A DNA stretch of 63,749 nt, filler included, from Sluysia triapertura (lineage: Eukaryota): NCBI GenBank assembly GCA_046118255.1. It is 5 parts of 5 records of this genome, joined end to end, with 100 filler letters (N's around TTAATTAATTAA, not from the genome) between each part and the next. Parts side by side here need not be neighbours in the genome. Positions count along the whole stretch, not along the records: positions 52,728 to 63,749 come from JBJNIA010190030.1; 4 more parts are not named here. One strand, 5' to 3'. Each line of letters starts with the position of its first letter. Position 1 is the stretch's first letter. This document shows, piece by piece, positions 52,728 through 63,749 of this stretch. The position numbers were made by a program, and so were the translations under genes. The notes beneath the pieces were generated by a model. That model was not told the DNA's origin, ran no database searches, and was given only the letters and a program-made list of their open reading frames with translations.

Positions 52728-53055
52728 GGATTTTTAGAAGTAGAGACACCTAGTACGAATATTATTCCTGGTGGTACTACAGCAAAACCTTTTATAATAC
52801 ACCACAATGCGTTCGATCTGGATGTATACATGACAGCTGCACCAGAATTATATTTAAAGGAATCGGTAGTTGACGGTTATCCTCGTGTTTTTGTAATTGG
52901 TAAACAACGGCGTAATGAACATGCAGATTTGACTCATAATCAGGAGTTCACAACGAGTAAACCTTCTACCGCGCACACTGGTTATAATGGTCTAATAAAG
53001 TTTACCGAAGAGATGCTAGTTAGCTTGGTTATGAAGACACTCGATAGTTACGAAG
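52728..53055 (+). pseudogene. KARS1: Class II lysyl-tRNA synthetase fragment (motifs 1-2) with degenerate conserved residues
   Basis: GFLEVETP..IPGGTTAKPFIIHHN..APELYLK..RVFVIGKQRRNEHADLTHNQEFTT. Similarity ends at a GT donor at 53056; 5' end cut by contig start. Confidence 0.85.
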
Positions 53056-56000
53056 GTAGTATTTTTAATACTGTATATATGTCTGTAAATATTTATTATC
53101 TTATCTTTTATTATTGTAATTTTAGAACCTTATACAGTGAACTAGAAACCAGGACGAGGGAGACCCAGAGGCAAGACATCAAGAATGATTCCAAAATTTT
53201 CCTTTTATACAAAATAAATGTTCTAAATGTTAAATTTTATAATTGCGTATTATATTTTAATGTTCATGAAACTTTAGCAATATTGAGTAGGAATAAACTA
53301 CTAATATTTTTATCAACTACTAACAAGACGACGTATAATAAAAGTACAGTTACGAATAGATATAAAAGTTATTCAATAAGAAACAATAGGGCGATTTTAG
53401 TCATGATAACTAGTGAAGTTACACTAGAGCAAAAATATAACGACGGACTTGTTATACAAATACTATCGCTTTTAAATAATAATCTTAGTTTCATAAAAGG
53501 AAACAACATGTCTATGAGTTGTTTGCCTGACTCCGAAATAGGACAAGTTCGTTCTAGAAAAACAGTCGTTTACTATCGTACCTTCAACGTTGAAAAGGAA
53601 GAACATGAACATGTACGAATCTGCATTAAACTCATTCAAAACAGCGGTGTTAACGATAACTTAAATTATCTAAAAGCCCTCACTACAACATTAACATAAT
53701 CAATAGACATATCAGTCAAAGTTTATATTTAACTATCAAAGTTTATATTTAACTATAAATATTTTCAATACAAATAATCAATAAATTTAATTATATTATT
53801 TTGAAAATTTATGAAAATTACGAAAATTTGTTTATAATTTAATTGGAAATTTATAATTTTAAAAAATTTTTGGAAAACTTAATATTATCGAGCCTGTCAT
53901 CTTCCAGGTTGGTATTTTATTATTAATTTGATTAATATTATTATTATTATTATTAAAATCGATATAAATATTAAATTTAAAAAAAAATTATAAATATTAA
54001 ATTTAAAAAATTATAAATATTAAATTATTTCTTATTTTATTTCTTGTTTTAATTTTATTCCTTGTTTTATTTTACCTGTTCAAGGCCATTTCAAATAAGT
54101 ACAAAAGGAACTACACAATTGTTGCTTAACTTTTACAAGTTTGACAAGTTCAATTTTATAATTCTTCGATTTTTCATCACTCGGAAGAGCCGTGGAAACA
54201 AATTTCTCAGGATTTCTGTTATCGTTAGTTTCTAATTGTAGGAATTGTTGCAATTTTTAATATTGCCTTTTTAAATTCAGACATAAAATACATTTTAATT
54301 AATTAGCTATCATTTATAGATAGCAAAGTAAAATCAATTTTTAAATTTATATTAAGATTATTCACAGAATAATCCATTGTAATATATACTTTTATTACCT
54401 CATATTATTTGTATTAAATCGTGTATTAATAAAATCTTTCTGTGTATTTAAATATTTGTGTAAATTTAAATATTTATTAATCGGGTTCCTTGGTGAATCC
54501 AAGTAAAATATCCAATAGGTTCATTTATACTGAACCTGAGTAAATTATTTATTTCAAAAAAGGTTTGTATACTCAAACCTGAGAAAAATCATTCCTATTA
54601 CTTTTAAACTCTTAAAATCTTTAAAATCTGAATTAGCCCCTTAAAATCTTAAATTATTAAAATATTAAATTAAATTATTAGCCTCCATTTTTAATCTAAA
54701 AATCCAACGATTGGCCATTAAGTTCGTAAGCCATTAAGTTGGTGGACTCGCATAAGTTTTTAAGCTTTATTCTCACACAAATCTTGCATATAATACAATG
54801 GAATATTCATTTTCTAGTCTGAATGTGATGTTAAATATTAAATTCATATTTTTATTCAATCACATTTTAAAAGTGATTTTAGTCGATCATAATGTTTTTA
54901 AATTTTAATTTCATTTTATTTCTACCTATACTGTTTAATCTTTGGTTTAAGATAATTTTGATCGAACACAATTTCGATTTCATATTGATTCTATTTAATC
55001 TTAATTTAATATGATTTTATTTCATTTATCATAATGTTCTAAATCATGTTTTTAAGGTAATTTTGGTCGGATATTATGCTCTTAAAATTTGATTTTATAT
55101 TATTTATTTATATTATTTATTTAATATATATATTATTTATTTTGTTGATTGCTATAGTAAGGTTCAATGTTTGTAAATTTTGATTTCATGTTATCTTTAC
55201 ACAATCTCACTTTAAGATGATTATTTACACAATTTCAATTTAAAATTGATTGTTATTTGTTATTAAATTTTGATTTATTTCTGTCATCTCACTTTAAATT
55301 AATACAAAATTAAATTAATATAAAATCATAACGATCTCAATACTAATAATTTTAAAATTATTTTTGCTAATAAGATTTTAAAATAATTAAAATGAACATT
55401 ATGATTTTATGATTTTACTTTACACATTATTTAAACAAAATTATTTAAGAAATTATTAATTAATTAATGAATTCTTAGAAAGTGTAAAAAATAAGATAAA
55501 ATAATGAAATAACTTCTATAAAATTAAAAAAACACTAATAGTATTTTTCAATTAAATACAATGTGTAAAATGTTATTTTACTGAATCTATTTCTATCAAT
55601 TACTTTTTCTACAAAAATAATTTTTCTACTTTGATAAATCACACAGTATCATTTCTTATAAATTAATATTCAGAAAATCTATTTTAGTATTAATATTAAT
55701 TTTAACAAAAATCAATTAGCTATATATATAACAAGATTTAGAATTTTCTTGTGTTTTATACTATCAATATTTTATTTTTAATAATACTTTTTGTTATATT
55801 AATTATAAAACTATTCGGGTGAATTTTAATTTTATTACTTTTCGCATCTAATAAATGGTAATTAATAAATGGAAATTAATTATTTTTTAAACAAATTTTA
55901 ATTTCAAATTAATGACACTATTATTTACATATGACGGCGGCTAATTTCTTATAAATCATGTGTAATGCATTAAATAATTTTACACCGAACATGGTTTCAC

Positions 56001-57009
56001 TTAAAAAACCTACTATCATAAAATTGTATATTTAAATCTTAGTGAATTCGCCTGACATACAAGGCTTACACAATGAAAGTCTTGACCATGGGATTTTTCA
56101 TGAAATAATGAAAATATAAAACTTTCTATTGGTTACTTATATGATTTAACTTAATGGTTATTAATATGGATGTCTTACAACGATATAATAATTAAATTCT
56201 CTCATTAATTATCACAACAGAGTCTATGACTTGATTGAATTAATTTTTGAATAAACAAATATTTTATCTCTAAACTGATTTTATGTCTTCATTTAAAATA
56301 GGTTTTGAAAAATAGATTTTAAGGGTTTATTTAAAATAACACGTTAAAAACAAATAATGCGTCATATTTTGTATGATATTACAAATACATAATTTAACTT
56401 ATTGTGCTTTAGTTTATGGACTTATTTAATTTAGTCCTTTAAAAGGCCCTAAAAATTAAAATTTTGGGTGGAAAATTATTATTAAATAATAATGAATAAC
56501 AAATATTAATTAAAGAAAGATAAAATATGACTATGGTAATAGAAGAAAATATATAATTATTGTTTTAAAGTTTTTACAACTTTAATTAAATTTAGTTCAT
56601 TTTACAAAGGTTTTAGCAAACTGTTCAAAAATGTTTAATAGGTTTACGTAAATTTTACGCAAACATACCAAAAAAAGCCAGCTTGCATCTACAACAAATG
56701 AATATCGTGAAATACAATTCGTTTTATTTTGAAATAGAGTAATAATAATACTGTGTATAGTATTTTTTTAAAAGATTAATTATGACAAATTTTTATCCTG
56801 AGATGATTCCGTAAAAATCGTCAATAAAATTTCTCAATATAAAATTTTAAATGAAAAAAAGTGTAAAATATCTTTGTTTCTTTTCGTGTGCTTAATATAT
56901 TAAAATTTATGTAACCTTATAAACAGTTAAGTCGGAACAGATAATTCGCAAAATAATAATACAAAATAATAAAAAATGCTAGTTGAACATAAAAACAATG
57001 AAAATGCAT

Positions 57010-57750
<741 letters not shown>

Positions 57751-59130
57751 TTTTAAGGTAACCTCGCGAGAAATCCCTGTTTCGCACATATACCATGAAC
57801 ACTGAAAGTATGGTGCTTTGTCCTCTTCTTAATATCTTTGACATTGGTTGACATATTCATTGGGTAAAAACTTTACAAAAAAATATTTCAATAAATCCTT
57901 TGATGACGTCAGTGTTGGTGGGGCACCATACTTTTACTTTTTAAGAAAACTCAAATTTCTGGGACCCATTTATTTTTTAAGCAATGTTCGAGGTTCTTTC
58001 TGTCCATTCATGCTCCTTTTTGATTGTAGTAGTCAACAGAAAGATTCTTTATTTTTGTTCTGTTTTGTATTTTCTAAATACAAAATCGGGAGTTTATAAT
58101 CGGGAGTTTACTGTAGTTTGAACATTTAAAATAAGTAATACATTTAAATTTATTGCATATTGAATTAATATTAGAATGGATAAATAAATATTATTTAAAA
58201 AGAACTTTTTATCATTATTGCTAATAAGTTTCATTAGCAGATATTGCACGAAATAAAAATAATATATAATCAGTGTAAGAAAATTGTTATATGATATTGA
58301 CAAGTTACATATACTATATACAAATTCGTGACGCTAATAATCCTTAAACAGAAGAATTTTTTCCCAGACAGATATGTGAAAAATAAAATCGAACAAAAGT
58401 TAAAGTGGAAAAATGCATACTGTAACTTACATTTTCAATTGCGCACGATCACGAGAATTTTCTTGTTTCCATGTCACTTAGAGTGCATTCGCTGATGTTA
58501 TAAGTTCCATATTTAGACACAAAAGAATGCCTGGCTACTTGGCACAATTAGAAACAATGTATTAGCATCAATTAAATAAATTTGTAGGTCACACTAAACT
58601 GTGATACGAATGTTGATTAAGTGTTTTGCGTAGACAACGAATTTTCCAGGTCAAAGTATTATTTAAATTTCTTTCAAATTCCAATCAAGAATTAAACAAT
58701 TACATTGACTAAATCGATGACAAAAAGTTTTGCAGAGGTACATCTATAAAATACTAATTTTGTACAATACATTGTAGTCTCTTTTAAATAAAAAAGTATA
58801 AAAAGTCTTATAGTTTTGAAACGAAATTTATTTAACTATTGTAATATAGTAATTGTGGGGTTATTATATACGTGTAATCATTATTTAATGTATTTAATTT
58901 GGCTAAACATTTAAATATTAAATTTAAATTCAATATCTTGACAAATATTACAACAAAATCATGAATAAAACAATTAAAATATTTATTACACAAAATTTGG
59001 TTTAAAATTTTATTATATAAATTATATTCTTTATTGTTATTTGGATCAACCTTATATATTTTCCTAGATAAAATAAAATATATAAAATCATGGTCATAAA
59101 CAAAAATCATAGTAAATAGTTTTTTTACCT

Positions 59131-59815
59131 TTAACTTTGGAATGAATTAGCGAGTTGGAAGTATTGTGAATTTGTTGGTTTTCGATAGATATGGAATGCT
59201 TGATGATTGGATTCTCCGTGTGGTGAATTGATAAGATTAGACACTAAATTTTTAATGTGTTCATAGTGATTATTCAGATTTGGTATATAGAAATTAGGTG
59301 GTTGTAGATCGGACAGACCATGTGCATAATTACAATTGTTGTCAAATTTGACACACTCACCTCTTTCTGTTGTTTCATAATTACAGACATAATTATGACA
59401 TATTGAATATATTTTAAATTTGTTGTTATTGTCTTCGATACATTGAGAAAATTACGATATTTCATTAAAGGTCTAAATGTTGATTCACATACTTTACATT
59501 TCACACCGAGTTGGTCATTAAGGTACGTACATTTTTACAATGCCAGCTGCCGTAAAACGGTGCATTTTCATTACGCATAATTTTACCATACATATAATCA
59601 ATAGGTTTATAACTATTTATACATTTAGAACATGTAAAATAAGGAGACATTGATAGCGAATTAAAAATACAAACTTAATCTTTAGTACTAAAATGGGAAT
59701 GAGCATAATCAGACATTTCTTGTAGATTTAATTTCGGTTTATTGATTGAACAAACTTGACAATTTTGCATAAAGAAAGAATTTTTATATTTACATGTACG
59801 ACATATCCAGTTCAT
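59131..59815 (-). pseudogene. Disrupted zinc-finger gene: two RanBP2-type fingers plus one CCCH finger
   Basis: WICRTCKYKNSFFMQNCQVC; WHCK(K)CTYLNDQLGVKCKVC (1-nt deletion in an A run); CNYETTERGECVKFDNNCNYAHGLSDL in a third frame. Confidence 0.75.
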
Positions 59816-59960
59816 TTTTCGGAATTGAAAACAAATTAAAACATATTTAATATCAAAGATTGCTTTTAATAATATATATTTTAAATTCACTGCATTACTT
59901 ATAGTACACTAATTATTAAGAGATTTTAAATATATTGGACAACACGCATTAAATAAAAAA

Positions 59961-61219
59961 TGTGAGATTTTTGATAATTTAGGCTCAATGATTTTTAATT
60001 TTTATTTGTTGCTTGATTTCAAAGCCACTATTTGCTGCAAGCCACAACAATACCAAATAATAGCAGAAAATCAAGCAAAGCACATCAACAGCATTGTGAT
60101 TACGAAAATGAATTAAATTCTGACGCACAATAATTCAAAACTCCAATCAATAGTGACCGCAAGTGACGAAAGACAATTATTAATCAATCAAAAAAACTGT
60201 CACAACTGACAGCACAGATAACCGAGCAACAAAGATAATGACGAACAACAATGAGTGTTGACGACGATAAAATGAGAGTTAACAATAGCAATGAAACTGA
60301 TGATTGGTGATGTGCACAATAATTAACAAAAATAATAATTAATAGTGATTACAATGACATAAAAATTATAAAATTAGTTGATAATGATAATGACTAGTAA
60401 TAATAATGATAATGGATTGTAGAAATGTCTTTAACCCTGAAAGGGTTAATAATAATAATAATAAAATAAAAGTAATAAAAGTGAATAAAATGCATAAACT
60501 TTCTTTACATACAAGACTTTGCTTTCTCAAGAAATTTCTTCTAAAATATAATCACATAAAATTACACCGAACAATAAAAGTAAATAATAATAGTAAAATA
60601 AATAAAACCGACAATAACACTATGAAAAATAAAGACTTAGAAACACATAAAATCTCTCTAATTTCAAAGAAACTTCTCTAAAAATTTTCTCATTATTTTC
60701 TTGGAATATAAAACGAAGTATATAAAATTTTTTCTTATAATTTTTATTTCTTAAACTAGATGTTCTTATTAAAATGAAGAATAAAAAGTCTGTTGAAGGA
60801 AATAAAGAGCATTGTTCTGAACGAAATATTTGCATTAATTCTTGCAGAATTCTTCTCAACCTATTTCTTTATGTGGTTTCGACAAATGTTTCGTATAATT
60901 TATAGTTTTTCAAAAGCCTTAAATACTTTAGAAAACTTTTAAATTATCAATAACGTTGAAATAATGAAGCTTTAGGTTGTTGAAGGAAGAATGTTATCAT
61001 AAGGAATGAAATATATTTAAAGAGATTATTAAAATTAGTGATATTTACAGAAATTGCATTTGGAATATTATTATGTTTGACATAAGATTAAAATGTAAGT
61101 TTGATGATTTTGGATGTTATGAGTGATTTTTGAAGAACAGAAAAGGTGAAATATTCGTGAAAGTGATTTTTTATTATAATGAATTAATTTAAATTTTGAG
61201 TAAACGGTTGGCCACCACA
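59961..61219 (-). mobile_element. Family A LTR-like repeat, copy E
   Basis: GGTTGGCCACCACA end at 61219; TGTGAGAT at 59961; GCATAAACTTT motif; block shared with copy A. Confidence 0.6.
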
Positions 61220-63672
61220 ATATTATTAATTCTTCGAAAAATCGATTTGGAAAATTAGTCTGAAAACTTGGAATATTTTTAGTATGTTATTTTATTTGTA
61301 TGTTTTGTTTTCTTAAGAGCAAGAATAAAAGAATAAGGTGAGTTCATCAACGTGCTAGACTTACCGGTTAGGGCTGCACTTAGAAGCAATAAAGCGTAGG
61401 AACTCAAATGCAAAAATTATAGTTTAAGTAGTCAAATCAATATTTTTATAAAGGATCTACTAAATTATTTATGTATTTTATAATAATGAATTTTACGATG
61501 AATCCGTTAAAAGGACTCAAAAATAAGATATTTTACGATGCTGATAAACTTCGGCGGAACGTATAATGCTAATTTTAGATATTTTAAATTTATTCAAAAA
61601 AAAGTTTGTATCACTAAAGTATATTTAATACAAAGAGGTTACAGCAAGATGGCAATAAGGTTATAGCTATAATAAAATTACAAAATTAAGTTACAAAATT
61701 AATTCAAAACAGTTAATTCAACGAATGAATATTTTAATAATGATTTTACGTAGGAACTACTAAAAAGTTCCAAAGTTGATTAAAATTTAAAATTAAGTGA
61801 AATATTGCTCTGTACCTAACAGGTACGAATCTTAAAAATAATAAACTAACTAATGACTAATTTAAATATTCAAAAAGAAATCAGTTCCTTGAATTTTCCC
61901 AAAAATCGACTTTTCTAAAAACTACACTTTTAAAAGCTTGTTGTAATTTACGTTGTTAAAAGTACTATCTTATATACTATTCTGGAAATGACCTTGGTTA
62001 GTTTAATTAATTTAATGATTTAAACAAAGTTATAATTTTCAGTTAAATGAAATAAAAATATTTAAATTAGATTAAAAATGTTTAAATAAATTAATATTTA
62101 AATTAAATTAAAAATTTTTAAATAAATTAATATTTAAATTAAATTAAAAATGTTAAATACAATTACTTACATCTTACAAATGCTAGTATTTCCTTATATT
62201 TTGCAAATCATTTAATTCTAAATCATTTAATTTTAATTGATTCTGAATTTTAATATTTTATCATATATTTATATGTATATTTGTTGTAATTTTAATTAAT
62301 TTTATTTATTGGAAACAAATATACGTCGTTTATAATTATTAAACTAAGAGATATACTAAACTTTTAGAGATTAAGAATTGCTATTATTTCCTTATACTTT
62401 ACAAACTGATTATTTAATTCTAAAGATCCGCTTACGATGTACGCTTTAATCATAAGGAGACGCACTGGTAAGTAACAGCACGTAAATTTAAAAAGCTTTT
62501 CTTGTAATTGAAATATATGCAAATGTGTACTCTTTTCTTGTAATTAATAACAAAGATTATAAATCTATAGTCTATTATACTTGTGAGGGTTTTTCTGACA
62601 ATTAGCTTATGTCCTAACTTTCTTGTATTAATCACCTATAAATATTATTGTATTTTTATTTTTATGATTTACGGAATTAAAATTAATGTTAACTATTTTG
62701 TTATTTATATTATTGCTAGAAATTTTATTTATTCATATAAAGTCATGACTAAAGTTATAAAAAAATTGGTGCTTAAGGCACTCGAAAATTTCTTTACGAA
62801 AGAAAACTTTAAAATAAAAATAACAAAAAAAAATTTTATTGTACACAAATAAGACGAATTTTACAAAAATTGGTGATACATTTAATAAAAACAAACAACC
62901 ATGATGACATATAACTTACATTAATTACAGGTCACGGATCTATCGAATATCAGGTCGTTGCATGAACTCGTCTCAAATTTTTGAACAATATAAGTTGTAC
63001 AATAAGGTTTAGAATTGACAAAAAAATGATACAGAAGGTAAACAATAATGTAATTATAATGTATTTTAAAATTATTCAAGACCCTACATTGGCCTCGTTG
63101 TATATATTATTTTTGTTCATCTTTTTTTCATAATCGTTTAAAATATTAAGCTCGTGATAAAAAATTACATCAATATGATAAAACATAAAAACAAAAGGAA
63201 TATTGTATTCAGGATGAACAATACAGTGGTTAGAAGAAATCTCGGCAACAATTATCTCTTTATGAGTGCCTGCTCTGTCCGTCTTCATAGTTTCAGAATT
63301 GTTAAAAAAGTTAAGTTCGACGGCCGGGTTGTGATTATTATAGCAACGATGCATCGTGTAATTAATGCCAACGAGAGAAACAAAGACATAAGAATTCGAA
63401 TCAAAGTTTTAATCTAAACTTAAATCGGAATTTCAACCAAAATTCAAATCAAAAGTTAAATCAAAAATGACGCTATAAACGTGTATATCTGCTGACTCAC
63501 CATCGATATCAAGCAAGTAATGACTTGATTACTATTTAGCAAATTAATTACAAAACTTAAATAAACAATTCTATACAATCGATAAACTCCACAAACTACG
63601 TAGTTAGAGCTCTCTTTAGAATAGGAATATTATTACTTGGTATGTGATGCAAGATTAATTTCAAATTTATAC

Positions 63673-63749
63673 TGTTGGGATTGTTGAAGGGTAAAGGTGT
63701 ATGTAAGGGTTCAAGATTCAGGATGACAGATAAAGTAAACGTTATTGAG
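63673..63749 (+). mobile_element. Family C LTR-like start (runs off window)
   Basis: Aligns with 38866-38940. Confidence 0.55.

Noticed and set aside
52269-53055. Family A repeat driving the LysRS fragment
   Set aside because: They are separated by an artificial linker, so adjacency is unsupported.
53056-53699. Remainder of the 289-aa ORF as part of LysRS
   Set aside because: Similarity stops at a GT donor; the rest reads like intron or AT-rich sequence with no motif 3.
63076-63417. Overlapping opposite-strand ORFs, possible GPCR fragment
   Set aside because: No convincing motif or transmembrane series in a single frame.

Overview
AT-rich animal genomic DNA with very short GT-AG introns (33-56 nt in several genes). 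The window is five contigs joined by four identical artificial 100-bp linkers (N44-TTAATTAATTAA-N44), so adjacency across the gaps is not evidence. Two intact spliced genes are recognisable: a minimal secreted astacin metalloprotease (5 exons, minus) and ANKLE2/LEM4 (3 exons, plus). There are also orphan genes (a ~377-aa protein with possible Mab-21/cGAS-like motifs and a ~294-aa secreted protein), a frameshifted RanBP2/CCCH zinc-finger gene and a degenerate lysyl-tRNA synthetase fragment. Transposon relics include hAT, mariner, Tigger/pogo, piggyBac-like and Stowaway-like ends, and a NeSL-like non-LTR element with a Ulp1 domain. The two most notable unannotated patterns are (1) a ~157-bp TG..CA element with 4-bp TSDs enclosing a tRNA-derived Pol III unit, and (2) a ~0.75-1.25-kb family starting TGTGGTGGCCAACC, mostly carrying an ATTGG-N4-CCAAT palindrome near its far end, that repeatedly sits just upstream of different co-oriented orphan coding sequences. 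All homology calls come from motif recognition by eye; no searches were run.
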